Origin: a bacterium
Lineage (GTDB): Bacteria; UBA8248
Direction: 5' to 3'
Length of the DNA: 64,000 nt
Assembly (NCBI GenBank): GCA_965199855.1
Contig: OZ241326.1
Span: 2,144,001 to 2,208,000 of the forward strand
Shown: positions 7,481 to 18,384 of the stretch, piece by piece
How the letters are laid out: each line of letters opens with the position of its first letter
How positions within the stretch are numbered: the stretch's first letter is position 1
Notes under the pieces: model-generated
What the model was told of the DNA's origin: nothing
What the model saw: only the letters and a program-made list of their open reading frames with translations
Databases searched by the model: none
Program-made: the position numbers and the translations under genes

Positions 7481-9253
7481 ATGGCCGTGGCGACCAAAAC
7501 GAAGAGCCCACCCGCGAAGCTGAAGCCCAGGAAAATCTCCGGCGCTGAGATCATCTACCGAAGCCTCGAGCGCGAAGGGGTGAAATACGTCTTCGGGCAC
7601 CCGGGCGCCGTGCTTCTCACGGTTCTGGACCTGTTCCTCAAGAGAAGCGAAATCAAGCATCTGCTCATCCGGCACGAGCAGTGCGCCGCGCACATGGCGG
7701 AGGGCTACGCCCGCGCCAGCGGCGAGGTCGGCGTATGCCTCACCACCTCCGGGCCGGGCGCCACGAACCTCATCACGGGCATCACGGACGCCTACATGGA
7801 CTCCATCCCCATCGTGTGCCTCACGGGGCAGGTCGCCACCTCGATGGTGGGCAACGACGCCTTTCAGGAGGCCGACATCGTCGGCATGACCCGAACCGTC
7901 ACCAAGCACAGCTACCTCGTGAAGAGCACGGACGATCTCGCCGAGACGATTCAGGAGGCCTTCTACATCGCGCGCACGGGAAGGCCGGGGCCCGTCCTCG
8001 TCGATTTGCCCAAGGACGTGCTACTCGGCGACGGAAACTACCAGATTCCGGACAAGGTGGAGCTGCGCGGCTACAAGCCCACGACCAGGGGCCACCCCCG
8101 ACAGATTCAGCGCGTGGCCCAAGCCGTCAAGGAATCCAAGCAGCCCCTGCTCTACGTGGGCGGCGGGGCGATCCACGCGGAGGCGCACGCCGAAATCCTC
8201 AAGCTCGCGGAGACGGCGGAGATTCCCGTGACCTACACCCTGCTGGGCGCGGGCGCCTTTCCGAGCGCGCACGAGCTTTCGCTGGGGATGCTCGGAATGC
8301 ACGGAACGGCCTACGCCAACTACGCGACCATGGAGTGCGACCTGCTCATCGCCGTCGGCGCGAGGTTCGACGACCGCGTCACCGGAAAGGTGTCGGAATT
8401 CGCGACCCGCGCGAAAGTCATCCACATCGACATCGACCCCACGGCCATCGGCAAGAACAAGAAGACGGACATTCCGGTCGTGGGCGACGCGCGCCAGGTG
8501 CTCGCCGAGGTCAACAAGATCGTCAAGCCCCAGAAGCGCGCCCTGTGGAAAAAGCGCATCCAGAAGCTGAAGGCGGAATATCCGCTGACGTTCGATTCGC
8601 CCGAAGGCGCGCCGATCAAGCCGCAGGAGGCGATTCTCGCCCTGAGCGAGGAGGTGGGCGACAAGGCCATCCTCACCACCGAGGTGGGGCAGCACCAGAT
8701 GTGGGCCGCGCAATTCTACAACTTCACCTTCCCGCGCCAGTTCATCTCCTCCGGCGGCCTGGGGACGATGGGCTTCGGCTTTCCCGCGGCCATCGGCGCG
8801 GCGCTGGCGCGGCCGGACAAGCTCGCCATCGACATCGCGGGCGACGGCAGCTTTCAGATGGTGATGCAGGAAGTCGCCACGGCCGTTCAATACGGCATCC
8901 CCGTAAAGGTGTTCCTTCTGAACAACGCCACGCTGGGCATGGTTCGCCAGTGGCAGGACCTGTTCATGGACAGGCGCTTCAGCGAGGTGGACTTCGACTT
9001 CTCGCCCGACTACGTCAAGCTCGCCGAGGCGCTCGGCGCCGGCGGACGGCAGGTCGTGGACAAGGAGGAGCTCCGGCCCGCCATTCAGGAGATGATCGCC
9101 GCGCCGGGGCCCTACGTTCTCGATGTGATCGTCGATCCGGACGAACTGGTGTTCCCGATGGTTCCGGCGGGCGGCGCGACGAAGGACATGATCGTCCGCG
9201 ACAGCCGGAAAAAAATCCTTCGAGGCAAGCTCAGCGCCTTGCCGGACAACTAG
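7481..9253 (+). CDS. ilvB: Acetolactate synthase large subunit (copy 1)
   Basis: RHEQ, TSGPGATN, GMHG, RFDDRVTG, GDGSF ThDP motif, GMVRQWQ. Confidence 0.95.
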   Translation: MAVATKTKSPPAKLKPRKISGAEIIYRSLEREGVKYVFGHPGAVLLTVLDLFLKRSEIKHLLIRHEQCAAHMAEGYARASGEVGVCLTTSGPGATNLITGITDAYMDSIPIVCLTGQVATSMVGNDAFQEADIVGMTRTVTKHSYLVKSTDDLAETIQEAFYIARTGRPGPVLVDLPKDVLLGDGNYQIPDKVELRGYKPTTRGHPRQIQRVAQAVKESKQPLLYVGGGAIHAEAHAEILKLAETAEIPVTYTLLGAGAFPSAHELSLGMLGMHGTAYANYATMECDLLIAVGARFDDRVTGKVSEFATRAKVIHIDIDPTAIGKNKKTDIPVVGDARQVLAEVNKIVKPQKRALWKKRIQKLKAEYPLTFDSPEGAPIKPQEAILALSEEVGDKAILTTEVGQHQMWAAQFYNFTFPRQFISSGGLGTMGFGFPAAIGAALARPDKLAIDIAGDGSFQMVMQEVATAVQYGIPVKVFLLNNATLGMVRQWQDLFMDRRFSEVDFDFSPDYVKLAEALGAGGRQVVDKEELRPAIQEMIAAPGPYVLDVIVDPDELVFPMVPAGGATKDMIVRDSRKKILRGKLSALPDN

Positions 9254-9265
9254 GAGACTTCGCCC

Positions 9266-10969
9266 GTGGAGCTGAACGGCTCGCAAATCCTCATCGAAGA
9301 ATTGAAGGCGGCAGGCGTCGAGATGGCCTTCGGCATTCCGGGCGGCGCCATCATGCCGTTCTACGACGAGCTCATGAAGTCGGAGTTTCCCCACATCCTC
9401 ACCCGGCACGAGCAGGGCGCCGCGCACATGGCGGACGGCTACGCGCGCGTGAGCGGCAAGGTGGCCATCGTGGTCACTACGTCCGGCCCCGGGGCCACGA
9501 ACCTCATCACCGGACTCGCCAACGCCCAGATGGATTCCGTGCCGCTCATCGCCGTCACGGGCCAGGTGGCGACCGGCATGATCGGCACCGACGCCTTTCA
9601 GGAAGCCGACATGTACGGCTGCTCCATCCCGGTCACGAAGTTCAACTGGCTCATCAAGGACGCTCGGGAAATCCAGCGCGTCGCGAGGGAGGCGATTCGC
9701 GTGGCGACGTCGGGCCGCCCGGGCCCCGTCCTGCTCGACTTCCCGAAGGACATCCAGATCGCCACGGCGGAATACGACCCCCGGATGCCCCATGAGTCTC
9801 CCTTCGCGCCCCCCGAGCGGCGGCCGGACCTCGACGAGGAGGGAATCGACAGACTCCTCGAGGCCATGACGCGCGCCAGGCGGCCCGTCATCATCGGCGG
9901 CGCCGGCATCATCAAGTCGGGAGCCGCGGCGGAGCTCGCGGGGTTCGCCAGGGCCGCCGGCGTTCCGGTCATCAACACCCTGCTGGGGCTGGGCGGATTC
10001 CCGGGAACGGACGACCTCTTCCTCGGGATGCCGGGAATGCACGGAACGGCCTACGCGAACTTCGCGCTCTGCGAATGCGACCTGCTCATCAACCTGGGCG
10101 CGCGCTTCGACGATCGCGTAACGGGCAAGGTGTCGAGCTTCTGCCCCAAGGCGATCATCGCCCACGTCGACATCGACGCCGCCGAAATCGACAAGCGGGT
10201 GAGCGCCCACATCCCGATCGTCGGGGACGTGCGCGAGGTGCTCGCCGCCCTGAACCGACGCCTGACGCCGGGCGACTGCGGCTATGAGGAGTGGCGGGAG
10301 ACGTGCGCGGGCTGGAAGCGGGACTATCCCCTGCAATACGACCTGGACGGCGGCGACATCAAGCCCCAGTACGTGATCGACCAGATTCAGGAGATCACCG
10401 AAGGCGACGGCATCTACGCGACGGGCGTGGGCCAGCATCAGATGTGGGCGGCCCAGTTCATCCGCTTCAACCAGCCGAAGAGCTGGGTCACCTCCGGCGG
10501 CCTCGGCACGATGGGCTTCGGCCTTCCCGCCGCCATCGGCGCGAAGTTCGCCCGGCCGGAGAAGGACGTCTGGCTCATCGACGGCGACGGCAGCTTCGCG
10601 ATGACGCTCGTCGAGCTCGCCACGGCCGCGACCTACAACGTCCCCGTGAAGGTCGCCATCCTGAACAACGCCTATCTGGGCATGGTGCGCCAGTGGCAGG
10701 AGCTGTTCTTCGAGAAGCGCTACTCCCATTCCCATTACCCGGTGAATCCGGACTTCGCCGCCATCGCGGAAGGCTACGGCGTGAAGGGCGTGAACGTCGA
10801 GGACGCGGGCGAGGTGCGCGGCGCGCTCGAGGCCGCGGCCGCGCACGACGGCCCCGCGGTGCTCAACTTCATGGTCAGCAAGGAGGAGAACGTCTGGCCC
10901 ATGGTTCCCGCCGGCGCCGGAAACGACGAGATGCAGCTCGTTCCCCCTTCGAGGGAGGCGAAGCCGTGA
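9266..10969 (+). CDS. ilvB: Acetolactate synthase large subunit (copy 2)
   Basis: Same motifs; GTG start with RBS AGGAG. Confidence 0.95.
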   Translation: MELNGSQILIEELKAAGVEMAFGIPGGAIMPFYDELMKSEFPHILTRHEQGAAHMADGYARVSGKVAIVVTTSGPGATNLITGLANAQMDSVPLIAVTGQVATGMIGTDAFQEADMYGCSIPVTKFNWLIKDAREIQRVAREAIRVATSGRPGPVLLDFPKDIQIATAEYDPRMPHESPFAPPERRPDLDEEGIDRLLEAMTRARRPVIIGGAGIIKSGAAAELAGFARAAGVPVINTLLGLGGFPGTDDLFLGMPGMHGTAYANFALCECDLLINLGARFDDRVTGKVSSFCPKAIIAHVDIDAAEIDKRVSAHIPIVGDVREVLAALNRRLTPGDCGYEEWRETCAGWKRDYPLQYDLDGGDIKPQYVIDQIQEITEGDGIYATGVGQHQMWAAQFIRFNQPKSWVTSGGLGTMGFGLPAAIGAKFARPEKDVWLIDGDGSFAMTLVELATAATYNVPVKVAILNNAYLGMVRQWQELFFEKRYSHSHYPVNPDFAAIAEGYGVKGVNVEDAGEVRGALEAAAAHDGPAVLNFMVSKEENVWPMVPAGAGNDEMQLVPPSREAKP

Positions 10970-11469
10970 GGCAGGTCTATTCCATTCTCGTCAACAACCA
11001 CGCGGGCGTCCTCTCCCACGTCGCCGGCCTCTTCACGCGCCGCGGATACAACATCGAGAGCATCGCCGCCGGGCCCACGGAGAACACCCGGATCACGCGC
11101 ATCGTCATCGTCGCCTTCGGCGAAAAGAACGAGCTCGACCAGATCGCCAAGCAGCTCCGCAAGCTCTACGACGTGCGCGACGTCGAGCAGATCGCCTACA
11201 ACCAGGCCGTCACGCGCGAACTCGTGCTCGCGACCATCAACGCGCCGATGGACAGGAGAGGCGAGGTCATCCAGCTCGCCAACGCATTCGGCGCGCAGGT
11301 GATCAACGTGACCGACGATACGGTCACGCTCGAGGCGAGCGGCAACGACCACAAGGTCAGAACCCTCATCAAGGCCTTCGAGAGCTACGGAATCGCGCAG
11401 ATGGCGCGCACGGGGATGATTTCCCTCCCCTACGACGGAATGCCCGAGGACTGGGAGCCCATCTCGTAA
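10966..11469 (+). CDS. ilvN: Acetolactate synthase small (ACT) subunit, copy 1
   Basis: GTG overlapping ilvB stop; NHAGVLSHVAGLFTRRGYNIES...MARTG. Confidence 0.9.
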   Translation: MRQVYSILVNNHAGVLSHVAGLFTRRGYNIESIAAGPTENTRITRIVIVAFGEKNELDQIAKQLRKLYDVRDVEQIAYNQAVTRELVLATINAPMDRRGEVIQLANAFGAQVINVTDDTVTLEASGNDHKVRTLIKAFESYGIAQMARTGMISLPYDGMPEDWEPIS

Positions 11470-12002
11470 TGCCCGCGAACCCGAACGAAAGCGCCGCGGA
11501 CGAGCCGCACACCATAGCGGTTCTGGTGGAAAACAAATTCGGCGTCCTCGCCAAGGTGGCGAGCCTGTTCAGCGCGCGCGGCTACAACATCGACAGCCTT
11601 TGCGTGGGCGTGACGCAGGATCCGAGCGTCTCCCGCATCACCCTCGTCACGCGCGGCGACGGGAAAATTCTCGAGCAGATACGAAAGCACCTCAGCAAGC
11701 TCATCGACACCGTCAAGGTGATGGACATGGGGGAGACGGAAAGCGTCGAGCGCGAGATGATCCTCATCAAGGTCTCGGCGCCGAAGGCCGCGCGGCCGGA
11801 CATTTTCCAGATCATCGACGTGTTCCGCGGCCGCGTCGTGGACGTGTCCTCGAACACCGTGACGGTCGAGGTCACCGGCGACGAGGGGAAAATCACGGCC
11901 ATTCTGAACCTGCTCAACTCCTTCGGCATCAAGGAGATCGCCCGCACGGGCAAGGTCGCCCTCACCCGCGGAGCCAAGACGCTCAAAGGCTCCAAAAGCT
12001 GA
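11469..12002 (+). CDS. ilvN: Acetolactate synthase small (ACT) subunit, copy 2
   Basis: VENKFGVLAKVASLFSARGYNIDS...EIARTG. Confidence 0.93.
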   Translation: MPANPNESAADEPHTIAVLVENKFGVLAKVASLFSARGYNIDSLCVGVTQDPSVSRITLVTRGDGKILEQIRKHLSKLIDTVKVMDMGETESVEREMILIKVSAPKAARPDIFQIIDVFRGRVVDVSSNTVTVEVTGDEGKITAILNLLNSFGIKEIARTGKVALTRGAKTLKGSKS

Positions 12003-12006
12003 GCGC

Positions 12007-12663
12007 ATGAGAAGCGAGCGCTCCTCCCGCAGGCCCATCGTCGCGAAAGAGGGCTGGGGCTACGTTTCGGGCCTCCTGGCCGCCGGCCTCCTCTCCCTCT
12101 TTTTCGGGGGGTGGGCGTGGGCGATTCTCTTTTTCGCCCTGGCCGCGGCCGTGGCCGGCTTCTTCAGGGACCCCTATCGATCCCCGCCCGGGGAGCCGGG
12201 CGCCGTCCTCGCCCCGGCGGACGGCCGGGTCGTGGAGGCCGCCTCCACGGAGGATGCGGGAGGGGTGGTCCGCATTTTCCTCTCTCCCCTCGACGTTCAC
12301 ATCAACCGCTCGCCCGTGGACGGCCGAATCGCCGGCGTCCGGCATCGAAAAGGCCGGTTTCTGGCCGCCTACAAGGCGGACGCCTCCGAGGTCAACGAGC
12401 AGAACGCCCTGGAGATCGAAACGGAGGCGGGCGAGCGCTTCCGGGTCGTGCAAATCGCCGGCGTCCTCGCCCGGCGGATCGTCTGCTGGTCGAAGGAGGG
12501 CGACTCCCTGCGCGCGGGCGAGCGCTTCGGGCTGATCCAGTTCGGCTCGCGCACCGATCTATATTTCCCCCGGGGATATGATATAACCGCAGAGCCTGGG
12601 CAGCGGGTTCGCGGAGGAGAAACCATCGTTGGACGAGCGAGAAGCCGGAAAGCCGCGCAATAA
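12007..12663 (+). CDS. psd: Phosphatidylserine decarboxylase proenzyme
   Basis: FFRDP, APADG, FLSPLDVHINRSP, FGSR autocleavage motif. Confidence 0.95.
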   Translation: MRSERSSRRPIVAKEGWGYVSGLLAAGLLSLFFGGWAWAILFFALAAAVAGFFRDPYRSPPGEPGAVLAPADGRVVEAASTEDAGGVVRIFLSPLDVHINRSPVDGRIAGVRHRKGRFLAAYKADASEVNEQNALEIETEAGERFRVVQIAGVLARRIVCWSKEGDSLRAGERFGLIQFGSRTDLYFPRGYDITAEPGQRVRGGETIVGRARSRKAAQ

Positions 12664-13465
12664 ATTCGGCCGCCGCCCGCGCCGGAGGAGCCGCCGCTCC
12701 CGAAGGCGCTCCCTCCAGCGGGGAATCTACCTGGTTCCCAACCTGCTGACGACGGGGAGCCTCTTCGCCGGCTTCTACGCGATTGTCGCCTCGATCCAGG
12801 GAGACTTCACCTGGGCCTCCCTCGCCATCCTGCTCGCCATCGTTCTGGACGGCCTTGACGGCACCGTCGCCCGACTGACGAAGAGCACGAGCTCCTTCGG
12901 CCTTCAATACGACTCGCTGTGCGACCTGACGGCCTTCGGCATCGCGCCCGCCGTGCTGATATACGCCTGGGCGCTCGCCCCTTACGGAAGAATCGGCTGG
13001 CTCGCCGCGTTCATATTCGCCGCCTGCGGCGCCCTGCGGCTCGCGCGCTTCAACGTTCTGGCCCAGGCGGGCGGCGGCTCTCTCGATTTCAGAGGGCTGC
13101 CGATACCGGCGGCGGCCGGCGTTCTGGCCTCCATCGTCTATCTGGCCGAGGATTTCTCCGCCAAGCCCTACGTCCCGCTCATCCTGATTGCGGCGCTCGG
13201 CTATCTCCTCGCCTTCCTGATGGTGAGCACCATTCGCTACAAGAGCTTCAAGGATTTGAGCGGCCCCCTCAAAAGACCGTTCCGCGTTCTCGTGGGCGCC
13301 GTGCTCGCCCTGTTCGTCGCGGCGGCGATTCCCCAGGTGGTCGCCTGCCTCGCGTTCGCCGGCTACGCCGCGTCCGGCCCCTTCTGGATGCTGTCGAGAT
13401 GGCGAAAGGCGAAGCGCGAACCCGCGCCCGGAAACCTCGAAGAACGCCAGCCGGAATCCCCGTAG
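12629..13465 (+). CDS. pssA: CDP-diacylglycerol--serine O-phosphatidyltransferase
   Basis: PNLLT, DGLDGTVAR...FGLQYDSLCD, RLARFN. Confidence 0.93.
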   Translation: MDEREAGKPRNKFGRRPRRRSRRSRRRSLQRGIYLVPNLLTTGSLFAGFYAIVASIQGDFTWASLAILLAIVLDGLDGTVARLTKSTSSFGLQYDSLCDLTAFGIAPAVLIYAWALAPYGRIGWLAAFIFAACGALRLARFNVLAQAGGGSLDFRGLPIPAAAGVLASIVYLAEDFSAKPYVPLILIAALGYLLAFLMVSTIRYKSFKDLSGPLKRPFRVLVGAVLALFVAAAIPQVVACLAFAGYAASGPFWMLSRWRKAKREPAPGNLEERQPESP

Positions 13466-13576
13466 CCTCTCTCCCTGATTGCGCTCGCGCGCGATACCCT
13501 CCATAATCCGCCTGATCGAAAGCCATCGCCCGAAGCCCGGCTCATCTCAAACCCGAGAGACCTTCCGCGCGCCGAG

Positions 13577-15910
13577 ATGAAGAGAGTTTTCGTGCCGAAC
13601 ACCCCGAAATCCGCCTTTCCGAAGCCCCGGGCGGGCTGCGCGCGGCTCCTCGCTTTCCTTCTCGCCCTTTTGTGGCAGCCGCCCGGCCCCGAGGCGCAAT
13701 TCGCCCCCCGGCCGCAAATCCGCCCCCCTTCCGCCTCCCCTCAAGAAAGCCGGGAGGGCCTCGAATTCCTGAGAAATCCCGACGCCGCCATCGCCATCAC
13801 GGCCGATGAACTGCGCGAAGATCGGGGGCGGCAGCGGATTGTCGGCCGCGGATTCGCGGAAATCCGCTACCTAGGCAGCGGCATTCAGGCGGACCACATC
13901 GAAGTGCAGACCGCGACGCGAGACGGCGTCGCCCACGGAAACATCGTCTTTCAAACCGGAAGCGATCGCATCGTCGCCGACCGCGCCGAGTTCAACCTCG
14001 ACACCGAGCGGATGGTCGTCTTCAACGCGCGCGGCTTCATCGGGGCGACCTACTACGTGACGGGCCGGGTGATTCGGCGCCTCTCGGAGGATCGATACGA
14101 AATCCAGGGGGGCGCCTTCACCACGTGCGAGGGCGACCTTCCCGACTGGGCCTTCGGCTTCGAGCGGGCGACCTTCCAGGTGGAGGGCTACGCCCGGCTC
14201 CAGGCTCCCGCCGTGAAGATCAAGGGCGCGACCGCGGCGCTTCTCCCCTGGGCCATGCTTCCCGTAAAGACGAAGCGAGCCACCGGCTTTCTCCTGCCGG
14301 GGATCGGCTCGGGCGGCGAGAGCGGCGTTCAGTTCTCCCCCTCGTTTTTCTGGGCCATCAACGAGTGGTCGGACGCCACCGCCGGGTTCGACTACTACAG
14401 CAGGCGCGGCACTCGCTACAAGGGAGAATACCGCTACGAGCTGAGCCGGGACTCGTCGGGCGAGATAGCGGGCCGCTACCTGAAGGACAGGCGCGAGCGG
14501 GGGGCTTTCTGGGACGTCCGGGGCTCTCACCGGACGCGCTTCAGGGAGGCCGACGCCGATTTCCACGCCGCGCTCGACCTGGAGAAGCGCGCGACCAGCG
14601 ACCGAACCCTCGAAAGCGACCTCCTCGCCCGCACGCGCCAGGACACGGACACCCGCGTCACCTTCACGCGGAATTTTCCCCGCGTCGCCGGGCGGCTTCA
14701 GGCGGGAATGCGGCGGCGGGAGGGATTGAACGAAAACGAGGGGCAGCTGTTTCAGAAGGCGCCGGAAATCACCCTCGACATCCAGAACAAGCGCCTGGGG
14801 ACGAGCGACTTCTACTTCAGCATGGATTCCTCCGCCGTCAACTTCACGAAAACCGAGGACGAGAACACGCTTCGCCTGAGCCGGCTTCACGTCGAGCCGT
14901 CTCTCTCGCTTCGCCTGGAGACGGTTCCCTGGCTGGGCGTAACGCCCGAGATCGGCTTCAGGGAAACCTATTGGACGCATCAGAAGAAAGACGCGGGCGT
15001 CGGCGCGAACCCGAACTCCGCGCAACGGGTGGAATCCGGGCTCTCGCGTGAAATGTGGTTCGCCAGAATTCACGCGGTCGGCCCTCGGTTCAGCAGAATC
15101 TACGGCGCCGAGGTCGGCCCCTTCCGGGACTTCAAGCACGTCGCGTCGCTCGAGACGACCTACAGATACAGCCCGGCCCACGACGCGCGCGACAGGCGCC
15201 TCATCATTCCCCTGGACGCGGTGGACGCCCTTCAGGATGAAAACGTGATCGAATACGCCCTCGTGAACCGCGTGCTGACGAAGCTGGTCAAAGAGGAGGG
15301 CGAGGAGACGCGGCAGCTGCTCCGCTACCGCATCAGCCAGACGTTCGACCTCGCCGAGGAGCGAAGAAGGCAGGAACTGGACGCGCGGCCCCGGCGCCCC
15401 TTCAGCGACATCGCCTTCAGCCTGGAGGCGCGGCCCCTGCCCGGGGTGCGCCTGCTGCAGCAAACAAAATACGGCCCATACGACTCGAAAATCAACGAGC
15501 ACTCCACGGGCTTTCTTCTCGACGGCGGCAAAAACTGGTATCTCAACATCGACCGGACCTGGACGCGCCGGAGAAGTCGTTTTCCCGAAAGCGCGGGAAG
15601 CAGCTTCTTCAATTTCGCAGGCGGGTTCTCCATCAGCCAGAGGCTTTTCATCGAATACATCACGCGCCTGAACAAGACCGAGGACGCCACGCTCGAGCAG
15701 AGCGTCATCGCCCGCTACCGCGCCTGCTGCTGGGGGCTGGAGCTCACCGTCACGGACACGCGGGACAAGAGCGAGATTTTCCTCGGCTTCAGCCTCATCG
15801 GCCTGCTCGAGGGAGAAAGGGCCCCGAGGTTCAGCAGCAGGCGAAACCCGTCGCGGGAAGGCAGATTTTTCGGCAGCGGCTCCCTCGCGCCCCTGCCTTT
15901 TGAAAATTGA
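13577..15910 (+). CDS. lptD: LPS assembly protein LptD
   Basis: N-terminal jellyroll with FTTC..PDW, KRATGFLLP, YRACCWG near the C terminus; start uncertain. Confidence 0.85.
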   Translation: MKRVFVPNTPKSAFPKPRAGCARLLAFLLALLWQPPGPEAQFAPRPQIRPPSASPQESREGLEFLRNPDAAIAITADELREDRGRQRIVGRGFAEIRYLGSGIQADHIEVQTATRDGVAHGNIVFQTGSDRIVADRAEFNLDTERMVVFNARGFIGATYYVTGRVIRRLSEDRYEIQGGAFTTCEGDLPDWAFGFERATFQVEGYARLQAPAVKIKGATAALLPWAMLPVKTKRATGFLLPGIGSGGESGVQFSPSFFWAINEWSDATAGFDYYSRRGTRYKGEYRYELSRDSSGEIAGRYLKDRRERGAFWDVRGSHRTRFREADADFHAALDLEKRATSDRTLESDLLARTRQDTDTRVTFTRNFPRVAGRLQAGMRRREGLNENEGQLFQKAPEITLDIQNKRLGTSDFYFSMDSSAVNFTKTEDENTLRLSRLHVEPSLSLRLETVPWLGVTPEIGFRETYWTHQKKDAGVGANPNSAQRVESGLSREMWFARIHAVGPRFSRIYGAEVGPFRDFKHVASLETTYRYSPAHDARDRRLIIPLDAVDALQDENVIEYALVNRVLTKLVKEEGEETRQLLRYRISQTFDLAEERRRQELDARPRRPFSDIAFSLEARPLPGVRLLQQTKYGPYDSKINEHSTGFLLDGGKNWYLNIDRTWTRRRSRFPESAGSSFFNFAGGFSISQRLFIEYITRLNKTEDATLEQSVIARYRACCWGLELTVTDTRDKSEIFLGFSLIGLLEGERAPRFSSRRNPSREGRFFGSGSLAPLPFEN

Positions 15911-15944
15911 GATGCGCCCCGCTTCAGAGGGACGAGGCGACAAA

Positions 15945-17276
15945 GTGAACGTTTGCGTGATTGGCTGCGGATACGTCGGGCTGGTGACGGGGGCCGTGTT
16001 CGCGGATCTGGGCAACGAGGTCGTCGGCGCGGATATGGATCAAGGCCGCGTGGACGCCCTGAACGCGGGCGTCTGCCCCATTCATGAGCCCGAACTGCCC
16101 GAGCTGCTGGCGCGCAACCTCAAGGAGGGCAGGCTGAGGTTCACCGCCTCCACGGCCCAGGCCGTCTCAGAGAGCGAGGTCGTTTTCATCTGCGTGGGCA
16201 CGCCGCCCGCCGAAGACGGCGGAACCGACCTCTCCCAGGTGGAGGCGGCGGCGAGGGAGATCGCCCGCGCGGTGAACGGCTACAAGGTCATCGTCAACAA
16301 AAGCACCGCGCCCGTCGGCACGGGAGACTTCATCCGAAGCGCGCTCGAAGAAAGCGGCGTCGCGCCGGAGAATTTCGACGTGGTTTGCAATCCCGAATTC
16401 CTGCGCGAGGGCCAGGCGGTGCGGGACGCGCTCGAGCCGGACCGCGTCGTCATCGGCGCATCCGCGGAGAAGGCGGCGAAAACCGTGGAGCGCCTCTATC
16501 GGGCGCTGAACGCCCCGGTTCTGATCACGGACGTCCAAAGCGCGGAATTGATCAAATACGCCTCGAACGCCTTTCTGGCGACGAAAATCACGCTCATCAA
16601 CGCGGTGGCGAACCTGTGCGAAAAGACGCGAGCCGACATCCGGGAGGTCGCCAGGGGGGTGGGCGCGGACTCGCGGATCGGCCCCGCCTTCCTGCGAGCA
16701 GGGCTGGGCTACGGCGGCTCCTGCTTTCCAAAAGACGTGGACGCCCTGCTGCACGCCTCCAGGCGGATCGGCGCCGAGATGAAGATTCTCGAATCCGTGA
16801 GGGCGGAAAACGACAGCCGGGCGCCCCGGTTCGCGCGAAGAATCATCGAGAGGCTCGGCGGAAAAAGCGAGCCGCCGCTTGCGGGGAAGACCATCGGGGT
16901 TCTGGGACTCTCGTTCAAGCCGGATACCGACGACATGCGGGAGGCCAGGAGCGTCGAGATTTGCCGCGTCCTTCGGGAGGCGGGCGCGAGCCTGCGGGCG
17001 CACGATCCCGTCGCCACGGAAAACGCCCGGCGAATCATCGGCAGCGAGGGCGTCGAATACTGCCAAAACCCCTATGACGCCGCGAAAGGCGCGAGCGGAG
17101 TCGTCATCGTCACCGAGTGGCGCGAATTCATCCAGTTGAACCTGCATCGCCTGAAAGAACGAATGGCCGAGCCGATCATCTTCGACGGGCGAAACATTTA
17201 TTCCCCGGAACAGGCGACGAGCGCCGGCATCGAGTATCACGGCGTCGGAAAAGCGCCGGCGAAGCCCTCGAAATGA
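15945..17276 (+). CDS. ugd: UDP-glucose 6-dehydrogenase
   Basis: [34 protein letters not shown]. Confidence 0.95.
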   Translation: MNVCVIGCGYVGLVTGAVFADLGNEVVGADMDQGRVDALNAGVCPIHEPELPELLARNLKEGRLRFTASTAQAVSESEVVFICVGTPPAEDGGTDLSQVEAAAREIARAVNGYKVIVNKSTAPVGTGDFIRSALEESGVAPENFDVVCNPEFLREGQAVRDALEPDRVVIGASAEKAAKTVERLYRALNAPVLITDVQSAELIKYASNAFLATKITLINAVANLCEKTRADIREVARGVGADSRIGPAFLRAGLGYGGSCFPKDVDALLHASRRIGAEMKILESVRAENDSRAPRFARRIIERLGGKSEPPLAGKTIGVLGLSFKPDTDDMREARSVEICRVLREAGASLRAHDPVATENARRIIGSEGVEYCQNPYDAAKGASGVVIVTEWREFIQLNLHRLKERMAEPIIFDGRNIYSPEQATSAGIEYHGVGKAPAKPSK

Positions 17277-18223
17277 AAAATTCCCGCGTCGTGGTTACGG
17301 GCGGAGCGGGCTTCCTGGGCTCCCACCTGTGCGACCGCCTCCTCTCCCTGGGCGCCGCCGTCGTCTGCGTGGACAATTTTCTCACGGGACGCCGGCCGAA
17401 CGTCGGGCGCCTCCTCGAAAATCCCCGCTTCACGCTCATCGAACGCAACGTGAGCGAGCATATTCAGATCGAGGGGGGCGTGGACGCCGTGTTCCACCTG
17501 GCGAGTCCGGCCAGCCCGAACGACTATCTGAAGTTCCCCATCCAGACGCTGAAGGTCGGCTCCCTCGGTACGCACAACGCCCTGGGGCTGGCGAAGGAGA
17601 AAAAAGCGCGCTTTCTTCTCGCCTCCACCTCGGAGGTCTATGGCGATCCGCAAGTCCACCCGCAGCGCGAGGAATACTGGGGCCACGTCAACCCCGTCGG
17701 CCCGCGCGGGGCGTATGACGAGGCCAAGAGATTCTCGGAGGCGATGACCATGGCCTACCACCGGGCGCACCGCCTCGACACGCGCATCGCCCGCATTTTC
17801 AACACCTACGGCCCGAGAATGCGAATCGCGGACGGACGCGCGATACCCGCCTTCATCTCGCAGGCGCTCAGGAACGAACCCATCACCGTCTTCGGCGGCG
17901 GGCGGCAGACGAGAAGCTTCTGCTTCATCGCCGACCTCATCGACGGCTTCATCAGGCTGATGGAGAGCGGCGTTCACGAACCCGTCAACCTGGGGAATCC
18001 CGCCGAGATGACGATTCTCGACCTGGCGAGGAAGATCGCCGCGCTCTCGGGCGCGGATTCAGAAATTCGCCACGAGCCGCTACCCACGGACGACCCGAAA
18101 GTCCGGCGGCCCGACATTCAGCGAGCGAAAAAGCATCTGGGCTGGGAGCCGAAGGTTTCGCTGGAGGCGGGGCTTGCGGTCACGATAGAAGACTTCAGGG
18201 AGCGTCTGGGCGAGGCGCCCTGA
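17273..18223 (+). CDS. UDP-glucuronate decarboxylase (UDP-xylose synthase family SDR)
   Basis: [34 protein letters not shown]. Confidence 0.92.
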   Translation: MKNSRVVVTGGAGFLGSHLCDRLLSLGAAVVCVDNFLTGRRPNVGRLLENPRFTLIERNVSEHIQIEGGVDAVFHLASPASPNDYLKFPIQTLKVGSLGTHNALGLAKEKKARFLLASTSEVYGDPQVHPQREEYWGHVNPVGPRGAYDEAKRFSEAMTMAYHRAHRLDTRIARIFNTYGPRMRIADGRAIPAFISQALRNEPITVFGGGRQTRSFCFIADLIDGFIRLMESGVHEPVNLGNPAEMTILDLARKIAALSGADSEIRHEPLPTDDPKVRRPDIQRAKKHLGWEPKVSLEAGLAVTIEDFRERLGEAP

Positions 18224-18384
18224 CTCCCCTCCCACGCGGGCCTCGACCCGGCGGGAGGGCGCGTCGCTTCTCCGCTTGGGCGAGGCGCCTTGAAATCCCG
18301 CGCATGGATCGGCTAGATTGAGACGCGCTGAGCAATTTCACCCTCGTCCGCCCTCCGCCCCGCCCGCTCGCGCAGAGGCATCCT

